DNA from: an uncultured Candidatus Saccharibacteria bacterium | GTDB lineage: Bacteria; Patescibacteriota; Saccharimonadia; Saccharimonadales; CAIOMD01 | Assembly (NCBI GenBank): GCA_964423475.1 | Contig: CAYRFD010000002.1 | Span: 9,405-33,404 of the forward strand | DNA: 24,000 nt | Direction: 5' to 3' | Part shown: positions 16,533 to 24,000 of the stretch, piece after piece | Numbering within the stretch: position 1 is the first letter of the stretch | How the letters are laid out: each line of letters opens with the position of its first letter | Position numbers and translations under genes: made by a program | Notes under the pieces: model-generated | Database searches by the model: none | Seen by the model: the letters and a program-made list of their open reading frames with translations, nothing else | Told to the model about the DNA's origin: nothing

Positions 16533-16557
16533 TAGATTATAGACGATAGATTATAGA
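16533..16557. repeat. Tandem direct 11-mer TAGATTATAGA-cga-TAGATTATAGA (two TATAAT boxes on the minus strand upstream of efp)
   Basis: Exact copies at 16533-16543 and 16547-16557. On the minus strand each reads TCTATAATCTA. The proximal TATAAT ends 8 nt before the efp ATG, with no Shine-Dalgarno sequence. Confidence 0.6.
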
Positions 16558-16575
16558 TTTTTGAAGACCTACTGT

Positions 16576-16965
16576 CTAACGGCTTTCTCCTTTCGTTTTG
16601 TTAACTTTTTGCAATGTTATTAACATTTTATGCGTAGTAGTACTCATGTCAATCAATTGTTTAGTGTCTTTATCATTAAAATAGCCTACAGCTTTTGCAA
16701 TATAAATCTGATTTTCTAACTCAGTTAGAGAACCATTCGCCATACTATAAAATTGATCTTTCTCACGCAAGCTTCTTCTGCCAAATCCTTCTGCGATGTT
16801 AGAACAAACAGATACGGACGCTCTTTGCATTTGACTTTTTAAACCATAGGTCTCGTGCTGAGGAAAACTAGAAGTTAATTTATAAATTTGAATAGTTAAA
16901 TCAAAAGCAGACCGCCACACCCTGAGGTCGCGGAATGACTTTATAGTATTTGACCCATCATCCAT
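16576..16965 (-). CDS. Four-helix-bundle protein (23S rRNA intervening-sequence protein / DGR Avd-like family)
   Basis: 129 aa: FRDLRVWRSAFDLTIQIYKLTSSFP..E.YGLKSQMQRASVSVCSNIAEGFGR....F..MANGSLTELENQIYIAKAVGY. This matches the characteristic pattern of the TIGR02436-type family as I remember it. Confidence 0.8.
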   Translation of the reverse strand: MDDGSNTIKSFRDLRVWRSAFDLTIQIYKLTSSFPQHETYGLKSQMQRASVSVCSNIAEGFGRRSLREKDQFYSMANGSLTELENQIYIAKAVGYFNDKDTKQLIDMSTTTHKMLITLQKVNKTKGESR

Positions 16966-16974
16966 AATCTTTTT

Positions 16975-16985
16975 TCTGTAATCTA
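16975..16985. repeat. Inverted copy (TCTGTAATCTA) of the 16533/16547 11-mer, 10/11 identical
   Basis: The reverse complement TAGATTACAGA differs from TAGATTATAGA at one position. It lies in the 22-bp spacer between the rpsR stop and the four-helix-bundle start. Confidence 0.5.
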
Positions 16986-16987
16986 AA

Positions 16988-17218
16988 TTAACGGTTTGCT
17001 ACAAAAGGTAATAACGCAATATGCCTTGCTTGCTTTATAGCTCGCGCTAAACGTCGTTGTTGCATTTCTGTTAAACCAGTGCGCTTTCGGCCTTCTATTT
17101 GGCCAAATTGGTTAACAAAACGCTGCAAGGTTTTTACGTCTTTATAATCAAAATAAACGGCACCAGTAATTGGCTTTCGTTTAGCTTTCTTTACAATTTC
17201 TTGTTCTTTTTTATACAT
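16988..17218 (-). CDS. rpsR: 30S ribosomal protein S18
   Basis: 76 aa: YFDYKDVKTLQRFVNQFGQIEGRKRTGLTEMQQRRLARAIKQARHIALLPF. The start overlaps the ssb stop (TAATG). Confidence 0.95.
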   Translation of the reverse strand: MYKKEQEIVKKAKRKPITGAVYFDYKDVKTLQRFVNQFGQIEGRKRTGLTEMQQRRLARAIKQARHIALLPFVANR

Positions 17219-17676
17219 TAGAATGGTATCTCGCTTAAATCTATTGGTTCGTCACTTATTTCTGTAGATGGATTATCTTTTTTAGGAGCTGGGGCTGGAG
17301 TTGATTGTTGAGGGTTTTGAGAACCCGCTGAACCACCACCGTCGCCTTTACCACCCAAAAATGTTACATCGGCTGCAACAACTTCTACTTTGTTGCGCTT
17401 TTGGCCATCTTGTTCCCAAGCACGGTATTGTAACCGACCATTTACAAGTGCTTGACTACCTTTTTTAAGGTACTGATTCACACGCTCCCCTAATGGGCCC
17501 CATGCAATAATATCTATATAATCTGTTACTTCTTTCCAATCGCCACTAGAGTCTTTATAGCTACGATTAAGGGCGAGTGTAAAATTACAAACGTTCTGAC
17601 CGCCAGTGGTTGTTCTTAGCTCTGGGTCACGGGTTAGGTTGCCCATTAAAACTACTTGGTTAAAACTTCTTGACAT
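17218..17676 (-). CDS. ssb: Single-stranded DNA-binding protein
   Basis: 152 aa with an OB fold (NQVVLMGNLTRDPELRTT), a Gly/Pro/Gln-rich linker and an acidic tip ending DLSEIPF. Confidence 0.95.
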   Translation of the reverse strand: MSRSFNQVVLMGNLTRDPELRTTTGGQNVCNFTLALNRSYKDSSGDWKEVTDYIDIIAWGPLGERVNQYLKKGSQALVNGRLQYRAWEQDGQKRNKVEVVAADVTFLGGKGDGGGSAGSQNPQQSTPAPAPKKDNPSTEISDEPIDLSEIPF

Positions 17677-17733
17677 ATTTTTAACTGTTGTTTAGTGGTG
17701 TATTTTAAAACACCAAAACAAGCACTCCTTTCT

Positions 17734-18126
17734 TTATGATTTAGTTGACGGTTGATCTTCTAAAACAGGTGCTTCAGACTCGTCTGATTTTTTAGCATGC
17801 CTTGCTTTAGAGGCTTTAATTGATTCTGCTTTTTTAATAGCTTTTAGGTCTGGCTTGGTAATCAAAAAACGTATAACTTCATCTGTTATATTTAGTTGTG
17901 CCTCTATAGGCTTAATTGCTTGTGGCGGTACTTCAAAGGTATAAAATACATACACAGCCATATCATGACCTTTAACTTGATATGCAAGCTTTCTTTTACC
18001 CCAGTTATCTTCTGCGGTAACTTTGCCTTTTTGGGCCGATATTAAGGCTTTAACTTTGCCTTCTGCCTTTTCTAGATCTATCTCTAAATCTGGATCGTAC
18101 AATATTGCCAGCTCGTAGCTGTTCAT
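17734..18126 (-). CDS. rpsF: 30S ribosomal protein S6
   Basis: 130 aa: MNSYELAILYDPDL...NWGKRKLAYQVKGHDMAVYVFYTFE, with a charged C-terminal tail. A strong AAGGAG sits 5-6 nt upstream of the ATG. Confidence 0.93.
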   Translation of the reverse strand: MNSYELAILYDPDLEIDLEKAEGKVKALISAQKGKVTAEDNWGKRKLAYQVKGHDMAVYVFYTFEVPPQAIKPIEAQLNITDEVIRFLITKPDLKAIKKAESIKASKARHAKKSDESEAPVLEDQPSTKS

Positions 18127-18150
18127 TAAGACTCCTTCTGTTGGTTATTA

Positions 18151-18177
18151 GCCTGCGCGCCCAATATAGCCGCAAGC
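18151..18177 (-). promoter_or_regulatory. GC-rich hairpin in the rpsF 5' leader (candidate S6:S18 autoregulatory element)
   Basis: Minus-strand RNA reads GCUUGCG-GCUAUAUUGGGCG-CGCAGGC: a 7-bp stem with one G.U, which would be a C/A mismatch on the + strand. It is the only GC-rich patch in the 133-bp spacer and lies about 20 nt upstream of the Shine-Dalgarno sequence. Confidence 0.3.
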
Positions 18178-18196
18178 TGAAGTTAATATTACAGTA

Positions 18197-18205
18197 ATTG
18201 TAACA
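18197..18205 (-). promoter_or_regulatory. Extended -10 box TGTTACAAT for the rpsF-ssb-rpsR operon
   Basis: The same 9-mer as upstream of ychF. TTGTTT lies 17 nt upstream. The predicted leader is about 60 nt and includes the hairpin. Confidence 0.35.
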
Positions 18206-18259
18206 TAATAACTCCTTAAAAACAATCATTTAAACAAATTATATATTTAAATTGTAATT

Positions 18260-20548
18260 TTATCTTGTTAAGTATTCATCTCTGGGGTCGTTTGATTCTT
18301 CTGGAATAGGGCCTTCTGGGCCAATTTCTGATGGTTCTGGTGGGTATAAATCGTTAATGCTACTAATTAATACCTCTCGTGGGCGCGAACCGTCAGCTGC
18401 ACCTATTATGCCCCGTTCTTCCATTTCGTCTATTATTCGGCTGGCACGGCCATAGCCAATACGCAAACGCCTTTGCAATAAGCTAGTGCTGGCTTTACCA
18501 CTATCTATAACAACCTGTACGGCGTCTTTAAAAACATCGTCGTCTCCGCTACCGCTGGCGCCACCCTGAGGCGCCTCTGGCACAATGCCCCCCTTACCAT
18601 TAAACTGCACGGGCATACTAACAACTTCGTCATCATAAGACGGTGGTTGTTGTTCTTTTAGGTATTCTGTTACTTTATTTGTTTCTTCTGTGCTTATTAA
18701 TGCCCCTTGTATACGGCGTGGTTTTGGTAAGTCTGATGTAAGTAGTAACATATCACCCTTACCCAGCAAACCTTCTGCACCTACTTTATCTATAATTGTA
18801 CGGCTATCTACTTGGCTAGCCACTGTAAATGCCATACGTGCAGGCACATTAGCTTTAATTAGCCCGGTAATAACATCTACGCTAGGGCGCTGCGTTGCTA
18901 AAACCAAATGTATACCAACAGCTCGAGCTTTTTGAGCAATACGCACAATTAAGGCCTCTACATCTCGCGCGGCCATTTGCATAAGATCTGACAACTCGTC
19001 TATTACTATTACAATATATGGCATGCCCTCTTCTTGTTTAGCGGCATTATATTCATCTATATTTCGGTGCTTTTCGTCTTTTAAACGCCTGTAACGACGT
19101 TCCATTTCTGCTACCGCCCATTTTAGTGCACTAATGCACTTTTCTGGATCGTTTACCACTGGTGTTAATAGATGTGGGATATCGTTATAAGGTTCCATTT
19201 CTACATATTTGGGGTCTACTAAAATAAGCTTTAGGTCTGCGGGGCTGTTATGATACAAAAGGCTTGTTAAAAAGATATTTATCATAACAGATTTACCGGC
19301 TTTAGTTTGACCAGCTACCAAAAGATGAGGCATTTCTGCTAAATCTAGGTAAATAGGATTACCAGAGATATCTAGACCAACTGCAAAAGTAAGTGGTTTT
19401 TTAATTGCCTCTTGCCACTCTGGCTTATTTAATAAACCCCTTAGTGTTACAGATGCGGATTTTTTATTTGGCACCTCTATACCAACAGCTTTTTTACCCG
19501 GAATAGGAGCCTCTATACGTACAGAGTGTGCCTCTAGCTCGTAGGCAATGTTATCGTTTAAATTAGCAATCTTAGACATACGTACACCATCTGGTGTTTT
19601 AAGGGTATACTGCGTAACACGTGGCCCCACATTAGCGCCTTCCATTTCTACATCTATACCAAAATTACCCATAGCTTGCTTTATTCGCTCTGCGTTACCA
19701 TTAACATCACCTGGGTCTGCTTTGTCTTGTTTAGAGCTTAGCAAAGATAATGGTGGAGTTTTCCAGTTTGGGTCTGTGGCTGTTACCAAAGCCTCGTGAG
19801 ATTCTTTAGCACTTAAGCCTGTAGCTACAGAATTTTTAAAGGTGGCATGGCGTGGTGCTTGCTGAAGCTGCTTTTCTTCTGGCTCTGATGGATCTTTATA
19901 TTTATGGCCAACAACAGGTACTGTTTCTTTAAGCTTAAATTCTTTAGGCTTGGGCGTTTCTGCATCTTCTTCTTCGCCCTCTTCTGGGTTTTCTTTAATA
20001 AATAACCTTTTTATAGCTGCCCACAAGTGTTGCGGGGTAATACCAAACATTAACATAAAACCTACCCACATTAGAACAAACAGTATTATAAACGCTGTAA
20101 CTTCGTTTAAGAAAGTTAGTAGTAAACTACTTAAAACATCTCCTACATGGCCACCATATGTGCCGTCTGCAGCAGCAGATTTTGCATCTGATCTTTCTAT
20201 AAAAACATGCATCATTCCAGATAAAGCAGATATAAATAAAATACTGGCTAATAATTTAGTTATAGGAATAATAAATTCTTCGTGACGTAGTTTTTGAACA
20301 GCCAAAAAAAAGAACACAAATGGCAAAATATATGCTCCAAAGCCAATAAACCAGGCCGTTATATCAAATAACATAGTTGGTAATTTACCACCCATGCCAA
20401 AAGCACCTAAAAATAAAAAGATACCAATTATAATTAACAATAATGCAAAAACTTGGCGCCAAAAATAACTAACCGTTTTAGGCGAAGTATCTTTTACTTT
20501 TTGAGTACTCTTTTTGGAGCGTTTAGTAGTTTTACGTTTTTTTGCCAT
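18260..20548 (-). CDS. ftsK: DNA translocase FtsK/SpoIIIE
   Basis: 762 aa with a basic N-tail, 4-5 TM helices and an acidic linker. The motor domain has Walker A GQTKAGKS and VIDELSDL. The C-terminal gamma winged helix reads ASTSLLQRRLRIGYGRASRIIDEMEERGIIG. Confidence 0.95.
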   Translation of the reverse strand: MAKKRKTTKRSKKSTQKVKDTSPKTVSYFWRQVFALLLIIIGIFLFLGAFGMGGKLPTMLFDITAWFIGFGAYILPFVFFFLAVQKLRHEEFIIPITKLLASILFISALSGMMHVFIERSDAKSAAADGTYGGHVGDVLSSLLLTFLNEVTAFIILFVLMWVGFMLMFGITPQHLWAAIKRLFIKENPEEGEEEDAETPKPKEFKLKETVPVVGHKYKDPSEPEEKQLQQAPRHATFKNSVATGLSAKESHEALVTATDPNWKTPPLSLLSSKQDKADPGDVNGNAERIKQAMGNFGIDVEMEGANVGPRVTQYTLKTPDGVRMSKIANLNDNIAYELEAHSVRIEAPIPGKKAVGIEVPNKKSASVTLRGLLNKPEWQEAIKKPLTFAVGLDISGNPIYLDLAEMPHLLVAGQTKAGKSVMINIFLTSLLYHNSPADLKLILVDPKYVEMEPYNDIPHLLTPVVNDPEKCISALKWAVAEMERRYRRLKDEKHRNIDEYNAAKQEEGMPYIVIVIDELSDLMQMAARDVEALIVRIAQKARAVGIHLVLATQRPSVDVITGLIKANVPARMAFTVASQVDSRTIIDKVGAEGLLGKGDMLLLTSDLPKPRRIQGALISTEETNKVTEYLKEQQPPSYDDEVVSMPVQFNGKGGIVPEAPQGGASGSGDDDVFKDAVQVVIDSGKASTSLLQRRLRIGYGRASRIIDEMEERGIIGAADGSRPREVLISSINDLYPPEPSEIGPEGPIPEESNDPRDEYLTR

Positions 20549-20595
20549 AACTGTTTTATTTTACCGTATTTATTACTTTTTTACGATATGACTAT

Positions 20596-20624
20596 ATTAT
20601 AGCAAATTTTACTACTTTTTGCAA
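20596..20624 (-). promoter_or_regulatory. Near-consensus sigma70 promoter for ftsK
   Basis: The minus strand reads TTGCAA - 17 nt - TATAAT, with TGc immediately upstream of the -10 box (extended -10). It begins 11 nt after the RNase J stop. Confidence 0.5.
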
Positions 20625-20634
20625 GAAACAATAC

Positions 20635-22722
20635 TTATGATTTATTCTGGTCTTGGCCAAGGAGTTTGCGGCGCATTTCGGCAAAGCGCTGAGCTTGATC
20701 GTTTGGAGACGTATGAATAGACTGCGGGGCTGGTGCGGTCGCATAAGAATTATCTTTTATGGGCATACTATTTGATTGTTGGCTATTAACGGCTATTTTA
20801 CTTGTGCCGCTACTACCACCAATTACATTTACAACTGGGATAACAATTGGCGAACGCTGTGTTCTATCGTACAAAAAGTGCGTAACGTGTTCTTTAATTT
20901 CTTGTTTAAAACGTTCTAAGTCTACACGTTTAAAGCGCTGCGCAACAGCTCTTTTAAGTTCTACACGCAAATCACTCATTAATGTTTCGTTATCGCGCAT
21001 ATAAATAAAACCACGGCTTATAATATCTGGGCTAGTAACAATTTGGCTGGTTTTTTTATCTACCGTTAATACCACCGTTACAAGGCCATCTTGGCTCATC
21101 ATTATACGGTCTTTAATAACTACATTAGATACCAAAGCACCAGTTTGGTCTACCAGCAGGTTCCCATGAGGCACATTGGGGCCTTCCTCGCAGCTGTGAT
21201 CTGTTAACAGCAAACTTTGGCCATTGCCTACCAAAAATGTGTTTTTGCGGGGCCAGCCTTCTTCTATTGCCATATCTACATAATAACGGCGGTTTAAATG
21301 ACCGGCATAAATTGGTACAAAATATTTGGGCTTAATAATATGCAACAGTTCACGATATTCATCGCGCCTAGCGTGGCCAGAAACGTGCAATGGGCCACAA
21401 CCATCTATCTCATGCGTAGGGTGCCTATAAAGATGAACGCCTTTTTCTGCTAGCTCGTTTCCAATAGTTTGGTATCTAACCTCATTACCCGGAATAGGTG
21501 TAGAGCTAACTACAACGGTGTCACCCGGTTTAAGCTTAATAAAATTATGGTTACCCTCTGCCATGCGCTGTAATGCAGCATTTGGCTCACCCTGGCCACC
21601 CGTACAAACTACCAACACTTTATCGTCTGGGATACTAGCTATTTCGCGCATGCTTGTTACGGTGCCTTTAGGTACTTTTAAAATACCCTGGCGTACTGCA
21701 ATTTCTGCATAGCTCATCATGCTACGGCCATCTAAGGCAACGCGACGCCCCGATGCAACTGCACCGTTTACTATCATCTGAATACGGTTCATATTACTAG
21801 AAAAACAAGCAATAAATATTCGGCCTTCTGCGTTACCAATTACATCGTAAAAACTTTTTTGCAAAGTGTCTTCTGTTGGGGTACGGCCAGGAATATTTGT
21901 ATTACAACTATCACTCATTAACAGTAAAACGCCTTCTTTGCCAAGTTGTTTAAGCCGTTCTACATCTGTTGGCTTATCATCTAATGGTTCTGGGTCTAGG
22001 CGCCAATCGCCGGTGTTAATAACGCGCCCTACTGGGGTGTCTACTACAATACAGCTAGACTCTGGTACAGAGTGCGTAATGCGTACAAGCTCTACAGTAA
22101 AATCACCAATTTTAAGACGTTCGTGGTTATCCATGTTCATAACAACCGTTTGTACAACAAAAGAATCATCACTTTCGTTTGGCATTTCTTCAAATGCTTT
22201 TTCTATAACACCAATGGTAAAACGTGTACCATAAATTGGTGCAGGATATTTTGGCACAATATGCTTTAAACCACCAAGATGATCTAAATGGCCATGGCTA
22301 ATAACGTAGGCTTTAATTTTGTGCTTAATTGTTTCTAGATATGTTGTATCGTTAATAGTATAATTTACCCCTGGCAAATCTATACCTAAATACATACCAC
22401 AATCTAAAATTATAGCGTGGTTCTTCCACTCTAAAACTTGCATGTTTTTTTCGCCAATTTCTTCTTGGCCACCTAAATAGGTAATTTTTAGCTTATCGTA
22501 TTCATCTGTTACTACATTGGCACGGCCACGGGTTTCTGTATTGGCCTCTTCTTGAGAAACTGGCATATACTGCTGCAAGGCTTTGCTAGCATCGTCTTGA
22601 GCTCTTTTTTGGGCTCTTATGGCTGCACCGCGTGATGCAGTTGGCGCGTTTAATGATAGTTGTTGTTTTGCGGGTTTAGAACCAGGCTGTTTTTGCGGCC
22701 ATTGTTTTGGTTGTTCCGTCAT
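20635..22722 (-). CDS. rnj: Ribonuclease J (metallo-beta-lactamase / beta-CASP)
   Basis: 695 aa. The core starts near residue 77 (LKITYLGGQEEIGEKNM) and includes HGHLDHLGG and beta-CASP motifs. There is a ~75-aa Q/A/K-rich N-terminal extension and a ~60-aa low-complexity C-tail. AAGGAA before the first ATG supports the long form. Confidence 0.92.
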   Translation of the reverse strand: MTEQPKQWPQKQPGSKPAKQQLSLNAPTASRGAAIRAQKRAQDDASKALQQYMPVSQEEANTETRGRANVVTDEYDKLKITYLGGQEEIGEKNMQVLEWKNHAIILDCGMYLGIDLPGVNYTINDTTYLETIKHKIKAYVISHGHLDHLGGLKHIVPKYPAPIYGTRFTIGVIEKAFEEMPNESDDSFVVQTVVMNMDNHERLKIGDFTVELVRITHSVPESSCIVVDTPVGRVINTGDWRLDPEPLDDKPTDVERLKQLGKEGVLLLMSDSCNTNIPGRTPTEDTLQKSFYDVIGNAEGRIFIACFSSNMNRIQMIVNGAVASGRRVALDGRSMMSYAEIAVRQGILKVPKGTVTSMREIASIPDDKVLVVCTGGQGEPNAALQRMAEGNHNFIKLKPGDTVVVSSTPIPGNEVRYQTIGNELAEKGVHLYRHPTHEIDGCGPLHVSGHARRDEYRELLHIIKPKYFVPIYAGHLNRRYYVDMAIEEGWPRKNTFLVGNGQSLLLTDHSCEEGPNVPHGNLLVDQTGALVSNVVIKDRIMMSQDGLVTVVLTVDKKTSQIVTSPDIISRGFIYMRDNETLMSDLRVELKRAVAQRFKRVDLERFKQEIKEHVTHFLYDRTQRSPIVIPVVNVIGGSSGTSKIAVNSQQSNSMPIKDNSYATAPAPQSIHTSPNDQAQRFAEMRRKLLGQDQNKS

Positions 22723-22752
22723 GTTAGTTCCTTTATTAGTTAATTAATGTGT

Positions 22753-23346
22753 TCATTCTTTGTTAAGTTTGGCTAGCAAGTTTGGTATTATAGAAAAATC
22801 TTGCATAAGTGCCTTTTTTACACTACCCCGATATATTGCTGCGCTGGGATGGTAAAGAGTTAATAAGGTGCATTTAAATGGTTGATTAGTATCTTGTATT
22901 ATAATTTCTTGGGTTGTGCCATGGAGTTCACTTATTTTACCCTGGGGCACAAACATTGCCATAGAATGTCTACCTAACGTTATTACCAATTTTGGTTTAA
23001 TTATTGCTAATTGCTTTTGCAGATATGGCCAAAACGCTGATTTTTCTTGCGGGAGCGGATCGCGATTTTTAGGAGGCCGATATTTTACAATATTGGTGAT
23101 ATAAATTTGGTTTCTATCAATGTGTACTGATTGTAACATATCATCTAATAAATGTCCAGCTTTACCCACAAAAGGTTCACCTACCAAATCTTCGTTTTTA
23201 CCTGGGGCCTCGCCAATAAATACAATGTTTGCGTCTGGGTTGCCAGACCCAAAAACAAGTTGGGTTGCTTGGCTAGCCAACCCTGGGCAAACATTATTAT
23301 CTAATATATGTTGTTTAATATTTTGTAAATCTTGGGTTTTAGTCAT
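22753..23346 (-). CDS. Uracil-DNA glycosylase, family 4-like
   Basis: 197 aa: motif A GEAPGKNEDLVGEPFVGKAGHLLD, ITNIVKYRPP, and motif B LYHPSAAIY. Confidence 0.85.
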   Translation of the reverse strand: MTKTQDLQNIKQHILDNNVCPGLASQATQLVFGSGNPDANIVFIGEAPGKNEDLVGEPFVGKAGHLLDDMLQSVHIDRNQIYITNIVKYRPPKNRDPLPQEKSAFWPYLQKQLAIIKPKLVITLGRHSMAMFVPQGKISELHGTTQEIIIQDTNQPFKCTLLTLYHPSAAIYRGSVKKALMQDFSIIPNLLAKLNKE

Positions 23347-23575
23347 TAATATTATTTTTATTATTCTTAGGAGATAATTCTATACTTGATGATTCTTTGT
23401 TTGAATTGATTTTTCTTTTACCAATTATATATAGCAGTGGCATGGCAATAAAAAATATAGGCCACAGTATTAACAAAATAAAAGATAAACTACCACTCAG
23501 TGATAGCACTATACCCAAACCAAGCCCAAAAACTAATGTTGCTATCTCTGTTTTATTTGGTAAATATGCTTTCAT
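23339..23575 (-). CDS. Small two-TM membrane protein, unknown function
   Basis: 78 aa with two hydrophobic helices (IATLVFGLGLGIVLSL and FILLILWPIFFIAMPLLYII) and a polar tail. GGAG lies 8 nt upstream of the ATG. The stop overlaps the UDG start by 8 nt. Confidence 0.5.
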   Translation of the reverse strand: MKAYLPNKTEIATLVFGLGLGIVLSLSGSLSFILLILWPIFFIAMPLLYIIGKRKINSNKESSSIELSPKNNKNNIND

Positions 23576-23623
23576 ATTACTATCTCCAAGTTCTAATATC
23601 CAAAATCAATAATCTGATGGCTA

Positions 23624-24000
23624 TTATTTGGCTTTTTTCATGCTAAGGTTTAGGCGGCCTCTGTCATCTATAGCAACTAGTTTTACGGTTACTTTATCGC
23701 CCTCTTTAACAACATCACTGGGGTGATTAACGCGTGTATCAGACATTTCACTTACATGTACCATGCCATCTGTTCCAGGCATTATGGTTACAAAAGCACC
23801 AAAATCCATAACTTTAGCTACTGTACCTTCGTAAATTTTGCCAACTTCTGGCTCGGTAGTTAAATCTTTAATTATCTTAATTGTACGCTCTATGCTGGCG
23901 CCATCTGGGCTAGCAATAAACACTGTGCCGTCGTCTTTAATATCAATCTCGGCACCGGTTTCGGCAATAATTTTATTAATCATTTCGCCGCCCTTACCAA
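23624..24000 (-). CDS. pnp: Polynucleotide phosphorylase, C-terminal KH + S1 domains (5' part lies beyond the right edge)
   Basis: The frame stays open upstream of the track's Met to position 24000, reading GKGGEMINKII, which is a KH GXXG motif. The S1 domain reads GKIYEGTVAKVMDFGAFVTIMPGTDGMVHVSEM. Confidence 0.9.
   Translation of the reverse strand, partial: GKGGEMINKIIAETGAEIDIKDDGTVFIASPDGASIERTIKIIKDLTTEPEVGKIYEGTVAKVMDFGAFVTIMPGTDGMVHVSEMSDTRVNHPSDVVKEGDKVTVKLVAIDDRGRLNLSMKKAK

Noticed and set aside
18189-18217. Mini-ORF ATG TTA CAA TTA CTG TAA (MLQLL) preceded by AAGGAG in the rpsF upstream region as a leader peptide
   Set aside because: The ATG is part of the TGTTACAAT extended -10 motif also seen at ychF. 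If that box is the promoter, the mini-ORF is not transcribed intact.
14345-23612. Antisense track ORFs 14345..14593, 18690..18935, 19548..19799, 19950..20285, 20759..21004, 21518..21712, 21866..22234, 22072..22269, 22916..23104, 23120..23377 and 23397..23612
   Set aside because: Shadow ORFs opposite ychF, ftsK, rnj, the UDG gene and the small membrane-protein gene. The sense-strand products are unambiguous homologues or have better start signals.
1-24000. Alternative genetic code (UGA recoding as in some CPR lineages), CRISPR arrays, tRNA/rRNA genes, transposases or integrases
   Set aside because: All long ORFs are intact under the standard code and efp terminates at TGA. No spacer/repeat periodicity, no tRNA T-loop/acceptor signatures in the few non-coding gaps, and no recombinase-like ORFs were seen.

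Overview
AT-rich (roughly 35-40% GC by eye, not computed), tightly packed bacterial DNA. All but one gene is on the minus strand, with many 1-11 nt start/stop overlaps. It uses the standard genetic code: efp ends in TGA and all long ORFs are intact. The left ~13.8 kb is one type IV pilus (T4P) block, read 5'->3' on the minus strand. It runs pilM-pilN-pilO-(78 aa)-pilB-pilT-pilC, then a separately promoted major pilin (pilA). After a 284-bp structured spacer come pilD, four minor (pseudo)pilins in fimU-pilV-pilW-pilX-like order, a membrane-anchored SurA-N-like protein, and a large secreted protein. That last ORF runs off the left edge and is missing from the supplied ORF track. No secretin (PilQ) or PilP is present, which suggests a single-membrane envelope. 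Together with the compact layout, my inference (not a database result) is a small-genome CPR/Patescibacteria organism, possibly Saccharibacteria-like. The right ~10 kb is housekeeping: ychF (the only + strand gene), tlyA, a doubtful small ORF, efp, a four-helix-bundle (23S-IVS/Avd-like) gene, rpsR, ssb, rpsF, ftsK, RNase J, a family-4 UDG, a small membrane protein, and the 3' part of pnp, which runs off the right edge. I found no rRNA, tRNA, CRISPR array, transposase or integrase. The most interesting items are the uncharacterised two-gene module in the PilY1 position of the minor-pilin operon, and the four-helix-bundle gene bracketed by inverted 11-mers. I see no clear evidence of a wholly new multi-gene system. 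T4P loci of this kind are already known in CPR bacteria.
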